Position numbers and translations under genes: made by a program
Assembly: GCF_000281045.1 (NCBI RefSeq)
Contig: NW_008246118.1
Span: forward strand, 74,846 to 108,794
Source of the DNA: Saprolegnia diclina VS20
Lineage: Eukaryota
Direction: 5' to 3'
DNA length: 33,949 nucleotides
Shown here: positions 20,929 through 32,818 of the stretch, piece after piece
Numbering within the stretch: the stretch's first letter is position 1
How the letters are laid out: each line of letters begins with the position of its first letter
The notes under the pieces: generated by a model
The model's database searches: none
What the model was told of the DNA's origin: nothing
The model's input: only the letters and a program-made list of their open reading frames with translations

Positions 20929-22089
20929 ATGACGAATGCCAAGAAGTCCAAGGTCATCTTCGGGGACGCATGGCCCAATGAGGTTGTGGGCTACGTCGCC
21001 GAGTACCTCGACCACGGCGACCTCCATGCGCTCGAGGCCACGTGCCGGTGCTTCCAGCACCACACGCGCGATGGCGGTAGATGCTGCGTCCATGGCCTCG
21101 GCGTCACGTCCCATGGACTAGGCTACTGGCGGCAGTCGGTCGTGAAAGTCGTGGCCTTTCCGCACTCGCCCCGTACGACCTGCAACATTCTCGACTGGAA
21201 GGCCTTTGCGTGCGCCAACCACTTGATGGTCGGCAACAAGACCGACAGCATCTCGCTCCTCCACGACGTTGCCGGTAGGCGCTGGGCGTCATACGACGCG
21301 CCGAGATTCGATGCCTGCATGGACTAGCGTACTCGTCGGTCGACCGCGAAAAAGAAGAGAGCGCGACCAACACGCTTCAGCCCTCGCTTTGCTTTCGCGA
21401 AATGCTCAAGTACAAGGACCCGGGCGTCCGCGAGTTTGCCAACGACCGGACGCTCTTCGACTACACCATTCAACGGTAGTACGATGGATTAACGTATGCT
21501 GCCCTGCGTGCTCAAGACGTTCGATGCGTAGGCTGGTCTGCGGCTGCTCGATGGGCCAGTGCTATTGGAGCAGGTACGAACGACAAATAATTGGCAAATG
21601 TAAAGAGACAACCTGTTCACGCCTAGTGGGCCCAGCCGGGACCCCAACAGCGACGAGTTCATCGACTACATCGTCCGTGGCTCGTGCATCCTAAAGGGTC
21701 TGCAGATCGTGCTGTACCGCGCGTCGTGGCAGCTCGGGCAGCCCACGTACGGGCCGCGGCAGGTGTCGCTCTCGATTCTGTCGGCGTCGGGCGACACTGT
21801 GTACACGTCGCCTCGCTACGACACGAAGAACGCCATGGAGGTACCCGCATGCGAATTTCCTTCGTCTTCTGAAGCAACGACCATCGAATTGTCTTAGCTG
21901 CAGTGCTTTGAGCTGCCGCAATGCGTCTTCCTGCAAGACCCCTGTTGGCACGTCCGGTTCTCGCTGCATGGGAAGCACCAGTATCAGTTCGAAGACGACG
22001 AGCAAGAAGACGAAGATGAAATCCCGGAGGACCGCCGGCAGTACTATTGCTGCATGAGCTTCATCGGCCTCAACGGCGTTCTGCACTGA
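20929..22089 (+). CDS. F-box protein with an At4g00755-like C-terminal domain, 6 exons
   Basis: F-box WPNEVVGYVAEYLDHGDLHALEATCRCF. After splicing 5 introns: YSSVDREKEESATNTLQP..YWSSGPSRDPNSDEFIDY..LQIVLYRASWQLGQPTYGPRQV..LQCFELPQ..YYCCMSFIGLNG*. This motif order recalls plant At4g00755-type F-box proteins. Confidence 0.75.
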
Positions 22090-22172
22090 AAACGAATAGT
22101 TCTCTCTTCGACGACCAGTATAAATCGATGTAAATGTCGTTGGCGGTGATTTGACCCGCTCGTTGTCCTCTC

Positions 22173-22218
22173 GGATAGATGGATGGATATATATGGATAG
22201 ATGGATAGGTAGATGGAT
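22173..22218 (+). repeat. Imperfect (GGAT/AGAT)n tetranucleotide microsatellite
   Basis: ggatagatggatggatatatatggatagatggataggtagatggat read directly. Confidence 0.85.
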
Positions 22219-22618
22219 TAACGGGCGCAAGAAAAAAGGCTCTCTCGGGAATTGGCACCCGCCAAAAACTGCTCCAACGACGTTGCGACGCTGGCTTCGA
22301 GCTTGGCTTGATAACGCTCAATGCAGCTACAGCCGTCACAGCGTCGTAGCGGTTGCTTCATGCACAATGGCGACACTGTTCAAAGCCTTGTTGAGCTGAG
22401 TTTTATCTACATCAATTCCTGGCGTGGTGGAGCCACGTCGGTGGCAAGGTCTTGACTCGAGTTGTTATCTTTAAAAGGAACTAGCTAAAGCAATAGCAAA
22501 TCCAAGGTCTCTTGAGCAAATAATAGGCGAATGATAACACAAGCTCATCATTGGTTTCGTGTCCGTCCATTCGCAGCGGTTGCAACGCCCTAGGGTTTCA
22601 CTTTGAATCATTTGATCG

Positions 22619-24124
22619 ATGGGCGACGTGGACGATGCCAACTCGCCGCTGAGCGCGCGCGGTCCGCCGCGCATGGAGCCGCCGATGACGGCCAAAAACT
22701 ACCTCATCCACAAGCTGTACCTGCGCCAAGAGTACACCGAGTGCCTTCGGCTCATCGAAGAAATGCTCAAGGAGCACCACGGCCTGTGCGAATTCCCCAT
22801 TTACGTCAAAGGTGCGAGCGCTCTTTCTTATGGCGACTGAAAGGCCAACGGTAGCGCTCATTTTGCAGCGCAGTGGCCGCATTCAAGAATCCCTCCAGCT
22901 CTTCCAGGCAGCGACGTGCCTCAACCCTGAGAACAAGGACAACCTCAAGCAGGTCGGCCGGTCGCTCTATCTGCTCGGAAAGCACAAGGCCGCGATCGAG
23001 GTGTACGAAGAAACGCAAAAGCTCCCGGGCTTGGAAGACTGGGAAGTCTCGCACAACATTGGGCTCTGCTACATGTACCTCAAGGACTTCGACCATGCGA
23101 TCGAGGCGTTCCAGCACGCCAACAACGTCCACCGCCACGACACGACCTTTCTTCAGCTTGGCAAGGTCCATACGCTCCGAGACGACTTCAAAGCCGCCAT
23201 CAACGTCTACTTGGAGGCGCTCGAGTTCTCGCCCGAGAGCCCGGAGCTGCTCACCACGATTGGGCTGCTCTACCTTCGCATTGGCGAGAACTTTCGCGCG
23301 TTCGACTACCTCGGCAACTCGATGACGCACGACCCGCGCAACGCCAAAGTCCTTCCTTCAATAAACATAATTGAGTTCTGACGTCTAACTGGCATAGACG
23401 ATCCTAGCCGCGGGCTCGATCATTCAAGACCATGGCGACATGGACGTGGCGCTCGTCAAGTACCGAGTGGCGGCGGTCCAGGTCCCCACCAATATATGAA
23501 TATATAAGAGCGGCTTGCTAATACGACGTATAGACGCCTAACTCGGCGCAGCTCTGGAACAACATTGGCATGTGCTTCTTTGGGAAGCAGCGCTTTGTCG
23601 CGGTGCAATGGATTTCTTAGTGTATTTCAATCTAAGATCTGGGTTGGCGTAGGCGGTCGCGAGTCTGAAGCGCGCACTGTACTTGGACCCGTTCGAGTGG
23701 ATCACGTCGTACAACCTCGGGCTCGTGCATCTCAACACGGGCCAGTACGCATCTGCGTTCCACTACTTTAGCGCGGCCATCAACCTCAAACCGGACTTTC
23801 CGAGCTCGTACATGTACCTCGCGATTACGCTCGGGCGCCTCGACGACTTTGAGAATGCGTGCAGCGCGTACGACAAGGCGATCGAAATGGAAGCGTACGC
23901 AACTATTGTCAGACAAGTTGTATGCATGTTTGAGTAGGGACCATATGTTTCACCTCAACTATGCTCTCACGCTCTTCAACAACGACGAGCTGGAGCGGGC
24001 CAAAGTGCAATTCGACAAATTCGAGGCCATCTTTGAGACACTCGACGAAGCGACACGCTCGAGCGACCCCGAGGTCATGGACCAGCGCCAAGCGCTTCTG
24101 GACGCGCTCTCGACCGTCAACTGA
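22619..24124 (+). CDS. BBS4: Bardet-Biedl syndrome 4 protein (BBSome TPR subunit), 6 exons
   Basis: NYLIHKLYLRQEY..GLCEFPIYVKALILQRSGRIQESLQLFQ..NLKQVGRSLYLLGKHKAAIEVY..DWEVSHNIG..TILAAGSIIQDHGDMDVALVKYRVAA..LWNNIGMCFFGK..LKRALYLDPFEW. Five GT-AG introns. Confidence 0.95.
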
Positions 24125-24424
24125 GAGCCAGTAGACTGCAATTCATACGCTTCGTTTTCACTGTGCTTGTTGAAAGAGCATGGTGGGACGAGGTCTCTCG
24201 AGACATTTGCGCGTCGAGCGAAGAACCCGTCGGCGAGATAGTTGGTGTGATATGGTCGTTGCTCGTTGCGTCATCTCAAGTAGTCGACGTGTGCGATCTT
24301 GTTGATGATCAACATGGCCGCTTGTCGCAGACCGTGAAATTGGAGGTTTGGGTCTACAGGAAAACGTAGAATTTGTCTTTGTCGAAAATATAGATATATA
24401 AATGTTTTAAAGCATCCAAAAAAG

Positions 24425-26346
24425 TTAAGTTAGTAACAGAAGGCGTCCGCGGAGGGCCGACAAAAAGACATTTTCGACTGCGAGAAAGTGCTGCAGTGGT
24501 GCGTGCTCGGGGGCGTCCGGACGCCGCCGAAGCTGGTCGAGGGCCGACTTGAACTCGAGAAGCCGAGCGCTTACCATGTCATGCAGCGTGTGGATGCTCG
24601 TGCCTTCTTTCGTGTCATGGGGCAGAAGCGCTTCGTTTTCGGGTTCATGCTGGTTGTCGCGTGTGCGGAGGAGATCCCGGAGCCGGTCGAGCTCGCGGCT
24701 CTGCATGTCGTGGCTCGCTTGGAGGCGACCAAAGCTCGACTTGAGCATGCCGTAGAGATGGCGCGCTCGCTTGTACTTGGCCTCGACCGACTGTAGTCGC
24801 TCGAGCGTCTCCATCGATGGCGTCGATCTACTTGCAACGGATAAGAAAACACAACTCGAGCACGAGCTTTGCCTGCGTACCGCGGACTAGTAGCACACTC
24901 GTCTTGGGCGGCGTGGACGTCGTAACGAGGTGCGTGCATTTTCGCTTGGAGCTCCGCCTTCTCGCTTTCAAGCACCTCGATGCGGGCCTTGGCGTCGCGG
25001 CAGTCGTCCAAGAGGCCGGCGTTCACGACCTCGACCTTGGCTACGAGATCCTTCATGGTTGCCTGCCACGCTACCGTCGCCGCAAGCTCGCTTGCTTTGC
25101 CGATGCCCTCGTCGCGCAGTCGAACATTCTCCGCCTTGAGCGCCGTAACGTCGCGCTGCAGCGCCGTGACTTGGGTCTTGAGTCGTCCAAGGAGGGCAGT
25201 GGGTGAGGCTGCCTCGCGCCTCCAGCGCGCCTTATCGTGCTCGAGGGAGGCCATCGTGGCCGCATGCGCAGCACGAAGCTGCGCGATCGTGTCTTCCAGC
25301 GCCTCGACGGTCTCGCGCTGCTTGTGCAAAACGCGGTCTTGGTCGGCCTGTGACGTCTCAAGCGTCGCCGTCAAGTACTCGATGTACGCCTCGAGCTCTC
25401 CACAGTGCGCTTGCAACGTACGCGCATTGTCCGTCATCGAGCTGAGCTGCGCTTCGACGTCGACGAGCTGGCGCCGAGCGACCGACGCGTCGGCTTGCGC
25501 CACCTCCAAGTCGACAGTGATGGCATTGCGAGTAAATGATCTCGTTGTCTCTTGCTCGTGCAATGACATGAGTTGCGTCTCAGCAGCCTCCAAGCTTGCC
25601 GCGTGACGACTGCACGCATGGTCGTACCGGGCTTGTAGGTCACTGTACGCGGCTTGAAGCGCCTTGTGGGATGCAGTAAGCGCTTCGTACTGGGCAGGAA
25701 CACCACTGGTAGCGGTTTCTTTTGTCGAGGGCTTGCTTTGTGCTGCCATCTCGATCGACGGGTCGTCCGTGCGACGAAGCTGGTCGACGTACGACGCCGT
25801 GGACGTGGCTTGGTCCATGAGCTTGGCAAGGACAAGCTGCAGCGCCTTGATGTTGGGCAGTGAAATCCGACGCTGCATGGACGATGCGGCGTTGTTGGCG
25901 ACATGGTCGCAGAGCCACTCGACGTGCTTGCGCAGCGGCAGGTCGTTCGGAAACCTCTCAAGCTCCTCGTGGATGTCAGCAATCGTGAGCACGACGCTCG
26001 ATCTCGGCTCGGAAAGGGTCGGGCTCGGCTCTGGCGCAGGCTCTGAGATGGTAGACGCGCAGTCGCTCTCTTCGTGTGGCTCCAAGTCGGGCATGTCCTT
26101 GAGCGCCTTTGGGCTCAGCGCGACATCGACCTTGCCATTGGCCTTGCGCAGTGTCACGAGTTCGCGCTGCTGGTAGTCGAGGAGATGCGCTTGCTCTTGG
26201 AGACGCTTCTCTTGCACTGCAACTTCCGCTTGGATGTTGGCCAGCAGTGTGAGGATGCGCGCCTTCTCGACGGGCGAGAGGTACACGCCGTCGGGCTTGA
26301 CGCTGTCGACGTTGCGGAGGGGCATGCTGACCGATGCTACGAGCAT
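24425..26346 (-). CDS. Long coiled-coil protein of unknown function, 2 exons
   Basis: Heptad-rich 591-aa ORF joined in frame to the METLERL ORF by a GT-AG intron at about 24828-24880 (SPR|STPSMETL). Confidence 0.75.
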
Positions 26347-26881
26347 GGGTTCATAAGGTCAAGATGGGCGAGGAAGCATGGAGCTTCTTCGTTCTACCTC
26401 CGTCACCGTCCATGAGAGGGCTCGGTTGCTTGCGTCGACCTTGCTCGAGCTTGGTGGGAAAGATAAGACCCAAAAAGTGAGCCCAAAATATTCTGCTTCG
26501 AAGTTCGAATTACGTCAAACAACCTCTTGTATTGGATCTTCGATCGAAGTATTATAGCCACGGGAGGTTTTCGAGGCTGATGGCACGCAACTTGGGCGAG
26601 GTCGAGGAACTTTGTTGCACAAGCATGGGCGATGTGGGGTCAGAAGAACCGAGGTGCTTAACCAATACGACAATTATACACCTATATACCCCTACTAACG
26701 CACAAATATGAACGAGATACACCGTGACGTGAGCAGCCAAGATCCACTTTGCCGTACACTGTACAAAAACCGAGTCAACCAAGCAGCGCGCCGAGGGTGC
26801 TACACGTACGTGGTAGGAAGTTGCGTGTTCCTAGAGACAGGGCGGGCACCTCAAGGTTGTCCTGTTGACGAACCAGAAGCC

Positions 26882-28321
26882 ATGGCGCAATTCCTCAAGG
26901 CAGCAGGTCGGACCGCTCCGACGACAGCGAGCCTCATGCACCAGCGTAGGCAATGGCGACATTGACAAGGTAGAGAAGCTCCTTGACAACATCCACTTCC
27001 AGAACAAGAAGGGCGAGTCAGGTACGCGCGTCGACACGGTCCAAGCACCTGACGACATGTAGCCCTGCATGTGGCGGTCGCCGAAGCGCAGCTTGAAATG
27101 GTCGAGTTCCTCGTGAACCACCGCGCGAATGTCAACCTTCAGGAGAAGAAGGCTGGCTTCACGCCGTTGATGCTGGCGCTGGCGCAGCAGCCGCAAAGCT
27201 ACCTCGACATGCTCGAGGTGCGTTGCCATCGCCGCCACATTTGCAGTCACAGCTAGCAATGTGTCTGTGCAGATCATGATGAAGGCGCAGCCCGACCTGA
27301 CGATCAAGGACGTGTCGGGGCAGACTGCGCTCCACCTCGCTGCTCGTACGTCGTCATCGCATATATCGCGTGGCGCTCAGCCAGCGTAGAGTACGGCAAT
27401 GTCGACGCTGTCAAGATCTTTCTCAAAGCCAAGACCAACTTGGACCTTCCAGAGACCAAGACGAAGATGACGCCGCTGATTGCGGCCGCGGGCCGAGGCA
27501 ACTTTGAGATCGTACAGCTGCTGGCGCAGAAGGGCCACGCGATCAACGCCGTCGACGCCAACGGCAACACGGCCCTGTGCGTGCATCTCGGTCGTGCGAC
27601 TGGGTCGTCATGATGGGCTGCTGTAGGCACTGGGCGTGCATGGGCCAAAGCCAAGACGCGCCCGAGATCGTAACCCTGCTCTGCCAGCGTGTACGTTCCT
27701 GGAAGAGGGTCCTTCGCCGTACGATATGTACATTGCTATAGGGCGCCAAAGCCATTCCCAACCACGCCGGCGACCTCCCGCTGCACGCGGAAGCCGCTCA
27801 TTGCGACCCGAAAAAGCCGTGGCCGTCGCCGGTCGGGGCGTTCCTCTGCGAGACATTTCCCGACACTGTGTCGGCGACCAACCGTCGTGGCTTGACGGCG
27901 GCGGCTTTGTACGCGCGCAGTGACGTCATGCTCGACGAAGAAGCTGCTGTCGAAGCACCTGTCGCGACAAAATCCAAGGGCAAGAAGCAACCGCCCGTGC
28001 GCGACTTGGCCGAAGAGAAGAAGCTGGCGGAAAAGGCGCAAATCGCTCGCGCTGGTAGACATTTATCGCATGTGAGGTGTCAACCTCAAACCAACACGGG
28101 TAGCGGCGATTGCTCGGACGAAGAAGCGATGGACGCGCCAGGTCCAGGAAGAGCCCGAAGAGCCCGAAGGCACGGAAGAGGAGCAGGCGGCGGCGGCAGC
28201 GCAGACCGCGATCGAAAACACGACCAGCCCATTGACGATGGCCATCATCGTGGCGGTCATTGTCGGCTTCTTTGCCGTCCTCTACGCAGTGCTCGACAGC
28301 ATGGCCACGCCGGCCAAGTAG
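26882..28321 (+). CDS. Ankyrin-repeat protein with a single C-terminal transmembrane helix (tail-anchored), 8 exons
   Basis: ANK motifs ALHVAV, GFTPLMLA, GQTALHLAA, MTPLIAAA, GNTALHWAC and GDLPLH. The last exon encodes LTMAIIVAVIVGFFAVLYAVLDSMATPAK*. Seven GT-AG introns keep the frame. Confidence 0.8.
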
Positions 28322-28634
28322 ACCTAGGATAGCTAGTCGCTTCTAAGGCATGAACATGCTTCGCGCTGGTGGTAGACCGGCGCGCCCACCTTGGCTTCAT
28401 CGTCGTCGCATGCAGGAGCTGTCAATGCGGCGGCAAGCGAGGTCGACGTCCGGTCGTCGCTGTCGTGGCACGACCTCTGCGGATTTGGGCAACGTGTATC
28501 CGGATATGCGACAGCAGTGAGTTATCCGGCACCTCGATACGTTGACCACAATAAAATAACTTGATGTTTGTATATACGATGCGATTATAAAAAAACAAGT
28601 ATCCACAAGGTGCCAGTTTGTAAGTTTCTGGGCC

Positions 28635-31264
28635 ATGGCCGATACCCTCCTGGCGCGGCTGGACCGCTGGGGCGCCGAGCAGCCCGAGAAGGTCCGCTTC
28701 CGGCCGATCGTACGAGCATGGCCCTAAGAACCCGTTGTGCATAGACGGTCTACGCCTTTGCAGATGACAATGGCATCATCACGGCCTCGTTGACGTACAA
28801 GGTAGAGGCGCCGCCAGGCGACCATGCTCTACAACCTGCCTGTAGGAATTGGACGAGCGTACGCTCAACCTCGCCCGCTGGATGCGTGCGCCAGCGTCGG
28901 CCAAAGGGTGCACAGCCACCTACAAGCACGTGTTTAGACTCACTAGACGTTCTAGCATGGGTCTGTCGCCGGACGAGAAGGTGCTGCTCGTGTACCCACC
29001 AGGCCTCGACTTTATCGTGGCCTTTGTTGCGTGCTTGCGCGCTGGCGTCGTCGCCGTGCCCGTCTACCCACCCGGTACTTGCAGTGGCAACGCGTTGTCG
29101 CTTGCCTCATATTCGTACCTGACGTAGACCCGCGCAAGCTGCGCAAGGACATTGTCATGTTCACGACCGTGTGCTCGAACGCCGGCGCCAAGACGGCGCT
29201 CACGTGCGCGAGCTACAACCACGTCAAGAAGATCCTCGACATCAAGCAAAAGATGACGTTCTCGGAGCGCTACCCGTGGCCCGACCTCGCGTGGGTCGAG
29301 ACGGACCGGCTCGTCCACGCGCCCGCGCCGAGCTCAAGTACGCTTGCGGCGCCCAGCGCCGACGCCATTGCGTTTCTCCAGTACACGTCCGGGTCGACGT
29401 CCGACCCCAAGGTAGCATCTCACGCCACTCTTGCGAGGCGTACTATCCTCACGGTATCAGGGCGTCATGATCTCACATGGCAACCTCACGAGCAACTTGC
29501 ATCTAATTGTCGACGCGCTCGCAGCGCGCACGGACGCGGTCGTGGTGTCGTGGCTTCCGCAGTACCACGACATGGGGCTCATCGGCGCCTACTTGGGGAT
29601 TCTCTTTGCAGGTACCCGACATCCTATTCCCTTGAAACTGCATGGGGCTCGAGCCACGGACTAGGCGGCAACGGCGTCTACCTCTCGCCCTTTTCGTTCA
29701 TCAAGAACCCGTCGCTGTGGATTGAGCTCATGGCCAAGCACAAGGCGACGCATCTGCAAGCACCCAACTTTGCGTACGCGCTCTGCGCGCGCAAGTTCAA
29801 GCCGTCGTCGCCGTCGAGTCTCGACCTCTCGAGCGTCCGCCACATGATCAACGGCGCCGAACCCGTCGACGTGCACGCAATCGAGGCGTTTTATGCAACC
29901 TTTTCTCCACTCGGGCTGCCGCGCGGCGTCGTCCGACCCACGTACGGGCTCGCCGAGCACACGGTGTACGTGTGTGACTCGTCGCCGTCACTGACGCACC
30001 TCCGCGTCGTCAAATCGGTGCTCGAGTCGGAAGACAAGATGGAGCGGGCGACGGCAGCGACACCGGCCAACGACGTCAAGGACATGGTGGGGTGCGGCGA
30101 GCCCAAAGTCGATATGCGCATTGTCAACGCTGACACCCGCCGGACGCAGCCCGACGGTACCGTCGGTGAGATCTGGATCCGGAGCTCGTCGACGACGCAA
30201 GGCTACTTCAACTTGCCGGCGCTCACGCAAGAGATGTTTCACGCCTCGCTCGTTGACGCGCCCGAGGTGCATTACATGCGGACGGGCGACCTCGGTGTCC
30301 TTTGCGAGCGCCAGGTACGTTCTGCAGTGTTGAAAGCGCGGTCTCTACATTTGACATGGAGTAGCTCTTTGTCTGCGGGCGTCTCAAAGACTTGATCATT
30401 GTCCGTGGCCGCAACCATTACCCGCAGGTACGCGCGTCGCCTTGTCCGCAGGAGTCTGACGTGCGACGCAGGACATTGAGAAATCGGTGGAAGCGTTCGA
30501 CGCCATTCGCCCGGGCTGCTCGGCGGCGTTCTCTGTGGCTCTGAATGGCCAGGACGACGAGGTGCTGTGTGTGCTGGCCGAAGTCCGTCCCGAGGCGTCG
30601 CAGCCGCTGTCGGAGCTCGCCAATGCGATCCGAAGCGCGATTGCAGCCGAGCACGGCGTGCAGCTCACGGGCGTTGTGTTTGTCGAGTCGCGCTCGATTC
30701 CCAAGACGACGAGCGGCAAGATCTCGCGCCGGCGCTGCAAAACGGCCTTTCTTGGGCAATCGCTGAGCGAGCTCCACCGCTCCATCAACCTCGACGACCG
30801 GTCGCCCGACGAGACCGCGGTGAACCATCCGCCAGGTCCCAAGCGCACGTACCCGCCCTTTGAAAGCGTCCCAGCGGCATCGGTCACGACCTTTCTGTGC
30901 TCCGAGATTGCGCAGCTCCTCAATGTGCCCAAGACGCACGTGACGAACGCCACGACGCTCCACGAGGTACGTCGACACGTCACACCCGGCACTCGTCTAA
31001 TATGTCTAGTTGGGTATGGACTCGATGGGTCTCACGCAGCTGCAAGGAATCATTGCCAACGAGTACGGGGTGCACGCCCCCGAAGAAGTCCTGTACAGTG
31101 AAACGACCACGATTGACGGCCTTTACGAGGCGCTCAAGCGCGCGCCGCCGTCGTCGCCGCAGTCGGCGCCCAATGTCGGTGGCGACAACCAGACGTCGTT
31201 CCTCGAAGACCCGCCGGCGCCGCCGCGGGCGCGCATGTGCTGCGGCTGCATTGCGATTCGGTAG
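28635..31264 (+). CDS. Fatty acyl-AMP ligase (FAAL) fused to an acyl carrier (phosphopantetheine) domain, 10 exons
   Basis: LVYPPGLDFIVAFVACLRAGVVAVPVYPP, IAFLQYTSGSTSDPKGVMISHGNL, SWLPQYHDMGLIG, APNFAY, NGAEPV, YGLAEHTVYV plus insertion, GEIW, RTGDLG, GRLKDLIIVRGRNHYPQDIE and IPKTTSGK. The ACP motif LHELGMDSMGLTQL has its Ser codon at 31022-31024. Nine GT-AG introns. Confidence 0.9.
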
Positions 31265-31409
31265 TACGAGTAGAAGTTATACATCTCGGTAGCTAAAAAC
31301 TAAAGACGACCTGCTAGCACTGTCGTCGACGTTGATGTCGTTCAACTAAGAACTTACCGACGTGTGAACCCAAGCCAAAATTCCATTTACAAAATGCTTC
31401 TTAAACGAT

Positions 31410-32650
31410 TTACAAGACAGGCACTTGGGTCGGTGACGACCGGCGCTGGCGCACGCTCTCTTTCGGTGTCGGCGGCAGAATAAGCTCCGACTCGTACACT
31501 TGGGGGCCATCGTACTCGTCGTCGTCATCGAGGACTTCGTCGGCCGAGTCGTGCTCCTTGGGCTCTTCCGGTAGCTGTTCTTGGTCGTCGTCGGTCGGAA
31601 TGACGTCGACGCCGTGGAGCGTCGGGAACGTGATGTACAAGTACAACACAAAGCACCAAAAGAGCTGGACGAGCGCGATATTGAGCGTCGCAACCACCGC
31701 CGTCGTAAAGAACCAGTGGTACATGAGGTACCGGATGCCCGAGAGCTGCGCGAGGATGCTCACGCTGGCCGACACGATCTGCACGCGCGGGTGGCTCAGC
31801 TCGACGTAAATCTCTTCGACGGCGCGGACGCGGCGCTCCTCAAAGCCGTTCATGACCACGAGCGTCCGGTGCTGCGTCAGTGACGCGTCATAGCCAAGGG
31901 TCAGCGTCGGTACGATCCACACAAACTGCGAGACGAGGTCCACGAGCCAGTGCGACGTGCGGACAAAGGTTGGGCGCGCGCTCGTCGCCAACGGCGTCTT
32001 TCTAGTCTTATGAATGAGCAAAACGCAAGTCAAGGAGAGGCAGCGCGTACCCTTCGCCGAGGGCTTGGGTGCGCACCATGAACATGCCAATGTGTTCATT
32101 CACAGGCGTCTGTGCAAACTCGAAGTCGAGCACGACGTCGTACTTTGTGAGGTGCGTCAACGGCAGCGACTTGGTCTCGCTCACTTCGACCGCGTCGCTA
32201 TAGTGCCACTGGTCGCGGCCATTCTCGCCCGTCGTGAGCTCGAGCTGCGCGATCGGCAAGTGCACGCGGTTGGAGCTCACGTACGGCGACTCCGCCGAGA
32301 GCTGCGCAAAGTCACTATGGACACCGTAGTCAAAGAAGAGCGGCCTACGCCAACGATGTCTTGAGCATGAGTACATGGCGACGAAGGACGCACCGCTGGA
32401 GCACTTTGGCCGGCATGATGAGGTAGTAAAAGCCGCCGTAGATGGCCGATGCGGACGAGAGAAGGAGGATGGCAAAGACAAGCAGCTGCACGCAGCGCAT
32501 GATCCAGCGGAACGAGAAGCTCGAGAGGTCCGAGATGATCTCGGCAAACTCATACCGGCGGAGACGCTGGAGGCTCTCCTGCACGTGGGCCACGATGATG
32601 GGCCACGACGCAACGACGAGCGACCAAAGAAACTTGACCGGCCGCAGCAT
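31410..32650 (-). CDS. BSCL2: Seipin (lipid-droplet biogenesis protein), 3 exons
   Basis: TM1 LLVFAILLLSSASAIYGGFYYLIMP, luminal PLFFDY..YDVVLDFEFAQTPVNEHIGMFMV..SARP..QIVSASVSILAQLSGIRYLMYHW, TM2 and an acidic tail. Two introns keep the frame. Confidence 0.88.
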
Positions 32651-32818
32651 CGCTCTCGTGTGCAAACTCAAAATGCGCCTCGTTTTGAGAAAGTGCACTC
32701 TCGCTAAAAAAGCGTCGGTTTAACTTAACTTGGTCTTTGTATGTAATACTATAAACATGCAACCGGGTTCGGCGTTGACAAAACAGCGCGCTTCAAGAAA
32801 TCGCGCGAGTTGGATCCC

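Noticed and set aside
26495..26550. TTCGAA palindromes and GTTCGA resembling a tRNA T-loop
   Set aside because: No cloverleaf or acceptor stem can be formed.
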